DNA of 64,000 nucleotides from Chiloscyllium plagiosum (lineage: Eukaryota), in assembly GCF_004010195.1 (NCBI RefSeq), contig NC_057721.1, forward strand, positions 49,778,857 to 49,842,856. Reading direction: 5' to 3'. Each line of letters starts with the position of its first letter. Position 1 is the first letter of the stretch. This document shows, piece after piece, positions 52,933 to 64,000 of this stretch. The translations under genes and the position numbers were made by a program. The notes beneath the pieces were generated by a model. That model searched no databases. It saw nothing but the letters and a program-made list of their open reading frames with translations, and was not told the DNA's origin.

Positions 52933-53059
52933 CCTGAAGAAGGGCCTGTGCCCGAAACGTCGAATCTCCTGTTCCCTGGATGCTGCCTGACCTGCTGCGC
53001 TGTTCCAGCAATAAAGTTTCAACTTTGATCTCCAGCATCTGCAGACCTCACTTTCTCCT
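52933..53059 (+). mobile_element. 127-bp Penelope-like terminal-repeat insertion in a CR1 3' end
   Basis: Perfect 15-bp TSD agaggaggacagagg at 52918-52932 and 53060-53074; starts at the hammerhead core; internal AATAAA near 53010. Confidence 0.85.
52934..52965 (+). ncRNA. Minimal hammerhead ribozyme motif; core and stem II intact
   Basis: CTGAAGA-a-gggc-ctgt-gccc-GAAA-c-GTC-gaat. Confidence 0.8.
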
Positions 53060-54224
53060 AGAGGAGGACAGAGGTAGTGAATGGCCTATTCGTGTTCCTA
53101 TTTCTTATAGACTTATAGAAGGTCATTTTGCCAAACTAAAGCACCAATTTGTTGGCTCGCTTCATGACAATGTTAGGTTTAAACGTGAGTGAATGGAGTG
53201 CTCTACATTCAGAGGGGACTGTTTAGAGGAAGGGAAAGAGCAGAAAATTGTGATGTCTGGTACTATGGAGCAGCTCTCCATAAAATTGTCTTGGGGGAGA
53301 ATGTAATTCTTGATGTAAGAAGTGGACTTGGAGAAAAAAGCCACCAAGGAAGAGCTTAGCTTCTGCCCAAATTCATTACAGAGGGACTGGAAGAGGTGAA
53401 GCTGGGACTGAACCATTCAGGTTCAGACAGGGTTGGATCAGAGGAGATAGACAAAACACCACAAAGATTAAGATTGGAAAAGGTGTAAGGGGAAATAAAA
53501 GCAGAATATAAATCTGGATGGGGCTGAAGGGAACGGAGATCCAGAAATTGTTCAAGTCGTTTCATAAATGGGCAAAAGAAGTCTTTTTCTCAAATCGTTT
53601 TATACATGATTAAGACAATACATTTTCTTTTAAGGGAAACACCACAAAAATGTTCCAAATGCCAACATAAACTAAGTGGCTTTGTGTGTATAGTCTATAT
53701 AAATGAACAAGATATAATTTCACACATTAGTTTGCACAAGATTAAGCACCACTGTAGATGAATAGGGTAATTTCCCTCTCTTTTCATGTCCTTGTACTCT
53801 GTCAGTTTTGTCACCAGGAAGACCACCGTACAGGAGCTAACCTGCATCCTACATGGAGGGAGAGGAGTGTCAGATTTCAAATTAAGGTTGTTATTTCTAT
53901 TTTTCCCAATTTTTATCTCAACCGTTGTAGTAAATTATAATTCAATGATTAAAGTGACTAGAGACAGACAAACATTTAGTTTCAGAGTAAGAATGTAACA
54001 AACAGTATAAAGAGTGGACATGTGGGTCTGCAAGCCTATACTGACGTTCAATAAGATTCTGGTTGACACTTGACTTCACTTCATGTCTAATGCTGAACAT
54101 ATAACACAAAATCCACAGTGGTTTAAGGTAATGGTTCACCACCAATTTCTCAAGGGCAATTTGGGATGAGCAATAAATACTGTCTTGACAGTATGCCTAC
54201 ATCTCTCAAAGAAATAAAAAAAAT

Positions 54225-54780
54225 TACCTCCTCAAACTCCCTCAGCAGAACCTGATTCCTTGTTCTACTTAGGTTGCTGGTTCCGACATGGTCCATGATA
54301 ATTGGATCCTCCCCCTCCCACTCCAAAAGCTTCTCTAGCTGCAAAAAGATTTGCCCTGGCATCAGGCAGGCAACACAACTTTGGAACTGCCCAAGTATAG
54401 TAATTACTCCTAACTATACTACACCCTACCAATACCACATTAGTTTCCATTTCCCTCAGTTGAAAGGCATTTTGTATCAGTGTTGTGGTTGTTTAACTTA
54501 TCCAACACCCAATTTGCCCTCATCCATGCTGGCAGCAAGAAGCTTGCACCTGTTCAATAATGGTAAAGGCAGAGGCTCCTCGGGCACTGCACTTATTGCA
54601 TTCTTGCTGCCTAACTTGCCTGTACATGACCAGTAAACAGATTTGTGCTAGTTCTTAATGTTAGGGGTATGTGGGGCTGTATCCCGAGGGAAAATGACCA
54701 CATGATTCTATCTCTCCAGGATATCTTGCAATGTCCGGACTTTGAATTCCAATCCAACAATTCAAACTGATGTTTTCCCA
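54225..54780 (-). mobile_element. CR1 ORF1 relic (SGNH/GDSL esterase domain)
   Basis: NVVLVGCSIVR...LCCLPDARA...EGEDPII.DHVGTSN..RTRNQVLLREFEE resembles CR1 ORF1 VVGDSIVR / CCLPGARV / VHVGTND. Confidence 0.75.
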
Positions 54781-55614
54781 AACATAGTGTTCTCTAAAAA
54801 CCACCAAATGCTGCACATCTGGCATATCACAAGCACTTCAATTTTTATTCCTGCAAATAGATATATTTCAACTCAGCTTATTGCTTTCAAACCATTTACT
54901 AATGTGACTGAAGGTATAGGTAAAGCAGATCAAATATTTACCTGTATCATGAACCACAACAAGTATTGGAGATAAAAAAGCATTTTCTCTGTCCCTCTCT
55001 ATATCAAATTCCCATTCTTGTCAAATTTTGAACTTTGACACTGTTTATAATGCACTTAATTTATGACTACTTAAAGTACTGGAAAATAATATCTGATTAT
55101 GAATTTTAGCAGAAGATGGACTTGAAACATTCAGAGGTTTCTGAATATCTATTTGGATCAGTCTTCTGAGAAAGTCTGGATTACTTGGCTGTCTCTTTCC
55201 AGAATATCAAAGACTTTGTCATTTTACACCAGTTTTGGGCCACATCAGATTAATATAATGCTTCCACTAATCCATTGAAAAGTTTCATCAGGTAATGAAA
55301 GGAAGGAACAATCTCATGTGATTATTATAAAAAGTAGAACCATTTGTCGAGTGGCAAATAATTTTGTCTCTTTCTAACTTCTTAAGTGTTATAAACATGA
55401 ATATAAATACTGAAAGCAATTTTTCCAACAAAGTAATGAGATGTTTACTTGACTTTTAAAGTATATTAAGATATTCATTAAAACTAAAGCATCTTGGAGC
55501 AGTAAAACACTGAGTACATCATTCTTTCATCAACTTGAAAAGCATAGGCTAGTGCACATTCTATGAAAAGCTCTTCTAGTCTGATAGGAGGCAGTGGATA
55601 CTACAGTTACTGAC

Positions 55615-55703
55615 CTTGAATGGTTGCCAGTGTGCTATTACTCATTAATGCTGGACCAAGAGCACCACCAAGACTCCCTGGATTCAGACTTAGTAAGGCA
55701 CCT
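55615..55703 (-). CDS. POU2F1: POU2F1 penultimate coding exon (absent from the ORF track)
   Basis: tctttgcag acceptor, AAG|gtcagt donor; 89 nt (1+87+1); [29 protein letters not shown] vs human [29 protein letters not shown]. Confidence 0.96.
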
Positions 55704-56261
55704 CTGCAAAGATTAAAAACTTTACTTTAGATTTATTTTATTAAAATAATTTTTCTGGAAAATATTTATATGCCTTGCACTGCATAACAGTAAAAATTAT
55801 CAGAATACAATAGAAATTATCAACATTATTGCTGGCAACAAGAAGGAAGTTCATTGAATATTTTAAAGGTTTTGATAAAAAATTTAGCAACCACTTACAA
55901 TTTCTAGTACTGTCATGATTTTCTCTACTTTTTCCAGCACTCTCAAACTATTGATGCTCTTTATTCATTCAACAGATGTGAATTGTCACTGGCAAGGGCA
56001 GAAATTATTGCTTATCCTGACTTGTCCTCAAGTGGTGGTGAGCCACCTCTTGAAGTATTTCAGTCATGTGCTATTCCCATGTCAAATCCAGTTCCTAGAT
56101 CATTGCTGCATACCTTGTTGATCATATTTTACTCATAGGTTTTGCAATAGCTCTGATACAAATAGCTTGAAATGCAGTAGCTGAATTTAAAGGCCAGTTA
56201 AAAGTTAAATGCATTGCTAAGGACCTGGAAACCTCAATTGTTTGTCTGGGGTGAGGATGGT

Positions 56262-56600
56262 ATAGAGTCATAGAGACTGACAGCATGGAGACAGGCACTT
56301 TGGTTCAAACTGGCCCATGCTGACCAAAATGTCCATCCAAACTAACACGGTTTCCCTGCACTTGGCACACATCCTTCTAAACCTTTCCTATCCATGTATT
56401 TGTCCGAATGCCTTTTAAATGTTGTTAATGTACCCGTCTCAACCACTTCCGCTGGCAGCTCATTCCATTTGCAAACTATCTCTATGTAAAAAAGTTATTC
56501 TTTCTCCTCTGACCTGAAACTGATGCCCTCCAGTCTTTGATTCCCCAATCCTGGGAAAAAGACTGCGTGCATTCACCCTATCCACTATCTCATGATCTTA
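56262..56600 (-). mobile_element. CR1 3' end nested in an older SINE-like repeat (~55960-56815)
   Basis: atagagtcatagaga tail on the minus strand; flanks are homologous to the 11610-11980 repeat. Confidence 0.8.
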
Positions 56601-57844
56601 TTCACTTTGGTGAGAACTCTTAAAGGACATCGGTGAACCAGAGGAGGTTTTATAATAATTTGATAGAATCAAAATCACCATGAATCACACAATTGTCATT
56701 CATGACTAATTAATTAACTGAATTTAAATTCGTCAGCTTCCATAGTGGGATTTAAACTCATGCCTCTGAATGATTAATCCAAACATCTGGGTTACCTATC
56801 TTGTAACAAGGCTACCATGATGGTAACAATTCTTATGTTTAAAAAATAAATAGAATTATTCACTAAGTTTCAGAGCACAACTCTAAGCCAATTATCTTGG
56901 CTTCACTCCAGAAGCTAGATGGCACTTCCAAAAGTTCAACCATGCCACTGAATAAACCCAAATATGCATGCAACAACAACCGAAAAGTTACAGAAATTAG
57001 ACGTACACCAGGCACTATGGCCCTGTCCCAGATACATTTAGAAACTTGACAGCTGGAAGGTGATGGCGTCAGCTCACTTCAAGAATGGTGAAGTTTCACC
57101 TTTGATGAATCGCCTCAAATACTTCCCGCATGCCCTGAAACACCAACTATACAAGATGAAGAACAGTTTGCTCTCATATCAACATTACATAACTTCACTG
57201 AATGGGCCCAAATAAATGCAAAAACAAAATATTAAATATACTGGTGATCTGAAATAGTAGCCGAAAATTCTGGAAACACACAGCCGTTCTGATAGTACCT
57301 GTGAAGTTAATGAGACTGATTTCACATTCGTTTACCAGGTCTATCTTCTACAGATGAAGGCACATAAAATAGATTGTGAGACTGGCCCAGTCACCTCTGA
57401 CCTCATCCTGAGAACATGCTTGGTGGGCACGGAAATCAGTTACCTGGCTGCCATATTTACCTGAATAATTAAAGGTAACCTTCTTAACAAGTAACCTTGT
57501 TAAGAAGCCTATTTGACATGAATTATACAGTGCCCATGCTATAGTATGAACAGTCCAGGCAGACGGGTGGGGGTGGCCAGATCATTTTCAAAGATCTCTG
57601 TGAATGAACGCGTGAAGGAAGGGGAATACCTCTAAGATGTCATTCACTCTTTCCTCCTGCACTGAAAGCCTATAGAACCTGGCCTCCCAAACCCTCTTCT
57701 ATGTCCCTGACTCTGGGATCCCTTGTTTGCCCTAAAGACCCAGCAACTACTTTCCTATTTTTCTTCAGGCTTCTTGTAGCTACTCCCACTACTGAGTTCT
57801 GGCACTACAGGGAATGGCAGAACTGCTGGACAACCATATTGGTG

Positions 57845-58823
57845 TCCTACAGGGTTCAGTGTTGGGGCCGCAGCTGTTCATTTATATATTATTGATCTGG
57901 ATGAGGGGACTGGGGTCTGGCGAAGTTCTCCGATGATACGAAGTTAAGCAGACAAACAGGTAGTTCTGAGGAGGTGGGGAGGCTGGAGAAAGATTTAGAC
58001 AGTTTAGGAGAGTGGTCTAAGAAATGGCTGATGAAATTCAGCGTGAGCAAATGTGAGGTCTTGCACTTTGGAAAAAAGAATACAGGCATGGACTATTTTA
58101 TAAATGGTGAGAAAATTCATAGCGCCAAAGTACAAAGGGATCCGGGAGTGCTAGTCCAGGATTCTCTGAAGGTTGACTTGCAGGTTGAGTCCGCAGGTAA
58201 GAAAGCAAATGTAATGTTGTCATTTATCTCAAGAGGGTTGGAATGTAAAAGCAGCGATGTGCTACTGAGACTTTATAAAGCTCTGGTTAGGCCCCATTTA
58301 GAATACGGTGTCCAATTCTGGGCCCTACACCTCAGAAAGGGCATACTGGCACTGGAGCGTGTCTAGCAGATTCACACGGATGATCCCTGGAATGATAGGC
58401 CTAACATAAGATAAACGGCTGAGGATCCTGGGATTGTATTCATTAGAGTTCAGAAGATTGAGGGGAGATCTAATAGAAACTCACAAGATAATGCATGACT
58501 TAGAAAGCGTGGACGCTGGGAATTTGTTTCTGTTAGGCGGGGATACTAGGACCCATGGGCACAGTCTTAGAATTAGAGGGGGTCAATTTCTTCAGCTAGA
58601 GTGTGGTGGGCCTGTGGAATTCATTGTCATGAAGCGCAGTGGAGACCGAGAGCTAAATGCCTTTAAGGCAGAGATTGATAAATTCTTGATCTCCCAAGGA
58701 ATTAAGGGCTACAGGGAGAGTGTGGGTAAGTGGCGTTGAAATGCCGATTAGCCATGATTGAATGGCGGAGTGGACTCGATGGGCTGAATGGTCTTACTTC
58801 CACTCCTATGTCTTATGGTCTTA
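57845..58823 (+). mobile_element. CR1 LINE 3' part (another subfamily)
   Basis: cagggttcagtgttggggcc, KFSDDTK, LYKALVRPHLEYGVQFW; tail tcttatggtcttat. Confidence 0.92.
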
Positions 58824-58980
58824 TATTAGCGACAGTGGATCTTACTCCCAAATGGAGCAGCAGTCCCACTATTGGTTAATTTAGCCCACCTGCAATGGAT
58901 TTTCAAGGAGTGTATTGCCTTCCAGCTAAATTTTCTTCATGAGCCAAGCAGTCCATGCACCCTGTTTGTAAAATTCTGCC

Positions 58981-59780
58981 CAACATTTCAGGTCTGTTAT
59001 CTTTCATCAAAACGGAGTGAAGTTACAAACACAATAACATTTTAGAAAGCTTAATATGTTGGAAGAATAACAAACAGTGAAATCTAGGAGTGGGTGGAGG
59101 GAAGGAAAAATTAAATGACAGAATATTTCAGAGTAGAAAAACAAAGGGAATGGCAACGATACAAGTAAACATATCAAAGATGTGCACAGGGGAACGTAAA
59201 TGCCAAAGTAGCAACCAAAAGCAAATTAGCAGAATTGAAAACAAAAGAGAAAAATTAGAAAAAAAGATACAAAACTAAATGGAGGTAGAGGTTATGATCT
59301 GACTGTAAAATGTCTAGTTGAAAGATGAGTTACTGTTCCTCAAATTTGGATCGAGATTCATTCAAACATTGCAGTAAGCCAACAATGGAAAAGCTCAACA
59401 TGTAACTGAGGTAAAGAAATAAAATGACAGGCAACAGGAAGCTCAGGGTCATGCATGCATACTGAATGCAAGTGTTCTATAATTGCCCAGTCTGCTCTTG
59501 GTCTTCTGAAAGTGGATGGCACGAATTCTCCCATTGTCATTGTTAGGGCCCTGAACCATGTACATCCTATTTCATGTCCCTCTCTGAGAAACATAATTGG
59601 AGTTCTCAAGGCCTCACTTTTCAGTCTTTTATCCTTCGTCCTAACTTCCTTTTTTGTTTGCTTAAGCACTTCTAACTTTTCTCAATTCTGGTTAAAGGTC
59701 ACAGACTTGAAATGTTGACTCCCTCTCTTGACATAACTGCTGCAAGATCTGCAGAGTGTTTCCAATATTCTGTTTTAACT
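58981..59780. mobile_element. Old Penelope-like element relic with a GIY-YIG endonuclease remnant and oppositely oriented terminal repeats
   Basis: Minus strand ~59350-59505 reads (frameshifted) TKSRLG...EHLHSVCMHDPELPVACHF, resembling Penelope GETKRRL..RF.EH...PVA.HF. Plus strand reads IVRALNHVHPIS. Decayed hammerheads at 58981-59011 (-) and 59684-59720 (+). Confidence 0.65.
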
Positions 59781-59867
59781 GCCAATTGATACCACTTTCT
59801 TTAATGAGAAATGGTCAGAATTATGGTGAGGAGTCTCATCTTGAAATCAATAGCAGAAAACTTTTAC

Positions 59868-61200
59868 AGTCATAGAGATGTACAGCACGGAAACAAACTT
59901 TTCGGTCCAACTCGTTCATGCTGACCAGACATCCCAACCTAATCTAGACCCATCTGCCAGCACTTGGCCCATTTCCTTCCAAACCCTTCCTATTCATATA
60001 CCCATCCAGATGCCTTTTAAATGTTGCAATTGTACCAGCCTCCATCACTCCCTCTGGCAGCTCATTCCATACACACACCACCCTCTGCGTGAAAATGTTG
60101 CCCCTTAGGTCCCTTTTATATCTTTTCCCTGTTACCCTAAACCTATGCCCTCTAGTTCTGGACTCTCTCAACCCAGGGAAAAGATCTTGTCTATTTACCC
60201 TAACCATGCCCTTCATGATTTTATAAACCTCTGCAAGGTTACCCCTTAGTCTGCGACGCTCCAGGGAAAACAGCCTCAGCCTATTCAGCCTCTCCCAATA
60301 ACTCAAACCCTCTTACCCTGGCAACATCCTTGTAAATCCTTTGTGAACCATTTCAAGTTTCACAACATCCTTCCTATAGGAGGGAGACCAGAATTGCACA
60401 CAATATTACAAAAGTGCCCTAACCAATGTCCTATACAGCTGCAACATGACTTCCTGTTATGGCACAGGTAAACCACCCTGCTTAATTTAAATCATCAACA
60501 CAGAAAAGATTTATCCCATGCAGTAATGTGAAAATTCGAGACACCTAGAACTATCCCAAAAGTCACTATTTAAAGTAAAAATTAACAACTTTATTTCTTA
60601 AAGTATATCAGAGAATACTTAACTAACAACCACTTACAACTCCTTCCTCTAACCTGTCTTTTACCTTCACCTTCTACAACACTAGTCCAATAAAACCCCC
60701 GATTAGGATTTACCAATAATTCAAATTTCAAAACCAGCCAGCTGTTGAATTTTCTCTTTGTATCTTCCTCTGTCTTCTTTGGGATTATATTTCACAGGCC
60801 ACTAATCAATAAATATACCTTTGAGAGCTATTTTTCAGGCAGTCTGTACATACTGGTGGCTTGGCAGTTCTCCTTCATTTGTTCCCGTTTTTCCTGTCTT
60901 ATATGCCCAAAGCATCGGATTGTGCCATTGGTATTTAATATTATCAATATGCGAAATTCAAACTTGATTGGAGTTTGCTATTTTTTGTGGTATAATTTAA
61001 ACTGTTGGGCCTAATTACACTAGCTGCTGGACGACAAGGTTTTATTGTATATTGTTCAGAACGCTTGGTGCTGTCAGGTAGTTCTGATAGCTTTTAACTT
61101 TCTTAAAGGTACAGTACACTTCTACACCTCCATAACACCTCCTAACTCCTAAACTCAGTGCTCTGACCAATAAAAGAAAGAATACTAAATGCCTTCTTTT
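59868..61200 (-). mobile_element. CR1 3' part interrupted by a solo LTR
   Basis: ERLNRLRLFSLERRRLRG...RTRGHRF; the CR1 sequence caacatgac resumes as cctcctaactcc after 61137. Confidence 0.9.
60455..61137 (-). mobile_element. Solo LTR (683 bp)
   Basis: TG...CA termini with an 8-bp inverted repeat tgttatgg/ccataaca; 5-bp TSD cttcc/cctcc (1 mismatch); cleanly splits a CR1. Orientation inferred from minus-strand AATAAA near 60590. Confidence 0.8.
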
Positions 61201-61222
61201 TAAACATAGCATTCTACAAGAA

Positions 61223-61362
61223 TCTGCGTGGGTTTCCTCTGGGTGCTCCGGTTTCCTCCCACAGTCCAAAGATGTGCAGGTCAGGTGAATTGGCCATGCT
61301 AAATTGCCCGTAGTGTTAGGTAAGGGGTAAATGTAGGGGAATGGGTGGTTTGTGCTTCGGCG
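61223..61362 (+). mobile_element. HE1/V-SINE internal fragment
   Basis: tctgcgtgggtttcctctgggtgctccggtttcctcccacagtccaaagatgtgcagg. Confidence 0.85.
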
Positions 61363-63657
61363 AGGTAGTTAAAATTTGATTAAAGGAAGCAATGAAACAA
61401 TGGAATTCTCAATAATTATTTTAAGAAATGCAGTAAATCCTAATTTTTTAAAAAGATTATTGATCTAAAGGGTAATTAAAAGCTTTAAAATTAAGACAAT
61501 TTTCACATTTTGATCTATTTATCATAAGGTTGTTATTTTAAGTTAAGCTACTTGGGAGTTACTCTTAACATTCCATTTTATTTCTTCTTGTGTCCCAGAA
61601 AAAGTACAAGGGCTTGTGCATTTCACATTCTGATACTGTTTATAACCTATGCTGTAGCTCACTTGTCAAAACAGTGGCACCTTTTTTACAATGATTTTTA
61701 TCCCTACAACAATTAGAATGCCCAGAGTCAATGTACAGTGAAGAGCTCATAACGTCTGTTCAATCAACAATTCCCCTACCTCAAGACTGTGGTCCAGATT
61801 TTCACCATGTCTGAGCCATTTGAAATCCAAAGTCCTGCGCCCCAAAACTGGTGCTTCCTATTTTTGCAGAGGATTGAGACAGGGATGCATGGTATGTTTG
61901 CTCATGCGTGGCTCACTGAGGCAGCTGGCGATTTAAATATTCAGCAGCCTCTACTCAAATCTGATTGTGGGGTGCCTGCTGCCTGGAACAAGTAAAAGCA
62001 ATTCTCAGTGCATATGTTTATCTTTGCATGGCCTGGGTATCCATTTGAAGAGCTGAAGTAATGGTGTGGTTATGGTTCCAGAAGACCTTGGGGATGAATT
62101 TCACGAATACTTTAGGGTTAGAGCCAGGTATCCTTTCAAGGGGAAGAGGCAATAGCAAGTGTTCTTTGAGATTGTTCCACAGAGAAATTGTGCGTAACAA
62201 AATACATACATCCCTTGGAACTTCCAACCCGTCCAGAAGTGTCAAACTCTCCAAAAGCATCAAGTAGTGACACAATTTGTCAAAATATATTTTTTTTTTG
62301 AAAAAGGGACTGCTTTTCTTGAAAAAGTGCAATCTGCATTATAGAACGTAAGTAATACGTCTTTATGTATTCTCATATGTACTTGGGTCTTTGTGATACG
62401 AGATAAGTTGTCATGTTAGGAAAAGATGGTGCATGGAACTAAGCACTAAATTAATGCTGGGAGCACAAGGGCCCATGGTGAATGGGTGAAAGGGCATAGG
62501 GTAGCATAGGAAGTATGTGGAGTTATTGAGAATGGATAGAAGGGTCTAGGTGCCATGAGCTAGCATTGAGGAGCATGGGGTACATGTAGATGTGGTTGGG
62601 ACTAACAGAGGTGAGAGCAGTGAGGGACGGATGAATATTTATTGTTTTATTATAATTTTTGATCACAGTACTGGTACCCGCTTTCTGTTCTGCCCACCTC
62701 AGGAACTGGGAGCCTCCTCAACTCTTGCTGAGTCACCTGGTTCAACTTCTAAGCTGGTCTGCCCCACCGAGTTGCCATTATTTTAATGTTCAGTTTGCGG
62801 TACCTGGATTTTTCCTGTCTCTTTATACTCAACTAGGGAACGAAAATCAATGTGTATGTCTCAAGTTTTGAGCAGGCATTTAAAGTACATCAAAATACAT
62901 CATTGTATCTGTCACTGGAAAATATTGTGGCATGATGCAACTTGACCTTTGATCATAGGATCCTGAATTTAAGTAAAATGCCAAAGCCTACCATGAAGGC
63001 AGCAGGAAATGGAATTTTGCAAATAATTTTTTTTTGATGAACTTCATATAAGCATTGAGCACTGAAACTTTCGGAGAAATCTGAAACGACTTGTGGGAGA
63101 AAACTACAACCTATACAGACTTTAGTTGTATGCACACGATAAACATTTGCTGCTGCGAGGAAAAAATAAGATATGCTTTGGGCAAATCCATATAACCTCT
63201 TGCTCCCATCCTTCCAATGTTTGTCTGATTTTTTTTTTAACTCATTCCAAGTCCAAATATCAGCCCTGATGTTCCCCCCAAATCTATATAATTACACCTT
63301 TCATATGGAAAATATCAAGTGACTGTCCATGGTCAAATGTCTTGAACAGAGAATGCCCGAGGTGATTCTCCCTCAAAGTAAGATGATGCAAAGCATTTAA
63401 ATGTACGTGAAGGCTGAAAAAGTGAGGAAAGATCATTTCACATCTCACATAAAAATATAACACCTTATTTATCAAAACTTTTATTTGAAAGGGTAAGGTC
63501 TTAATTTTCCATGGTTCTTGAGTAATTCAATTCCTTCACTGTGCACATTAAGTCTTTATTTGATGACTTAATATGAAACTTTATATTGTAAAAAATACAC
63601 ATTCATAAATAAATCAAAATTATAATCCACCAGTGGCAGAATGGAGTGAAAACTTAC

Positions 63658-64000
63658 CCAGCTGCAAATTGAGGGGCTGACATTAAGCTAGGATTGGCTA
63701 GTCCTGCAGCAGCAGCCATGGCAGCTAGGCCTGGATTGGTGGCAAGACCAGCACCAGTGGATACCTGTGCAGCTGCTGCTTGCAGCGCAGTGGCACCTGT
63801 CTGCAGTCCAGATGCTGACACCGTGATTTGGCTTGTGCACAGCGGGTTTACTAAGCCAGTTGAGGTTGACTGTGTGGTATTTGCATCACTGCTGCTAGAT
63901 GACTCAGTCACTGAAATGGACGCTGACGGTGAAGGGGTTAGAGATGGAGAAGTGACTGATGACGTAGAAACTGCAGAAGATAAGCCGGTGATTACAGATG
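63658..64000 (-). CDS. POU2F1: POU2F1 Ser/Thr/Ala-rich exon, running off the window end
   Basis: Open frame [27 protein letters not shown]...[24 protein letters not shown] ending at GG|gtaagt. Matches Oct-1 VTSPSLSPSPSAS...[15 protein letters not shown]...QFAAG. Confidence 0.95.

Noticed and set aside
1-64000. CRISPR arrays, operons or prokaryotic defence systems
   Set aside because: The sequence is spliced vertebrate DNA; no regularly spaced repeat-spacer array seen.

Overview
Eukaryotic genomic DNA from a cartilaginous fish, most likely a shark (inferred from HE1/V-SINEs, Deu-domain SINE and abundant CR1/HER1-type LINEs). Two genes converge tail-to-tail. On the + strand are the last five coding exons of CD247 (TCR zeta chain; 5342-14430). 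The ORF track misses them all. I found them from splice sites and ITAM motifs. On the - strand are the last three coding exons of POU2F1/Oct-1 (64000 to 47384). Downstream of the POU2F1 stop is a ~17 kb repeat-poor AT-rich stretch that looks like a very long 3' UTR. Most ORF-track entries are broken CR1 ORF2 pieces, SINE shadows or chance ORFs. The most striking non-obvious signal is a set of at least 8 minimal hammerhead-ribozyme motifs (CUGANGA-A-stem II-GAAA-palindrome-UH) from three Penelope-like element families. They show covarying stems, a 4-nt palindrome in place of helix III, long target-site duplications and recurrent 5' junctions at the catalytic core. One sits at the apex of a perfect 86-bp inverted repeat. 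Also present: a solo LTR nested in a CR1, a Tx1/L1 ORF2 C-terminal relic, a CR1 ORF1 esterase relic, and a candidate CD3eta-like alternative exon. All homology statements are from recalled family motifs, not database searches. Repeat boundaries are approximate unless a TSD is given.
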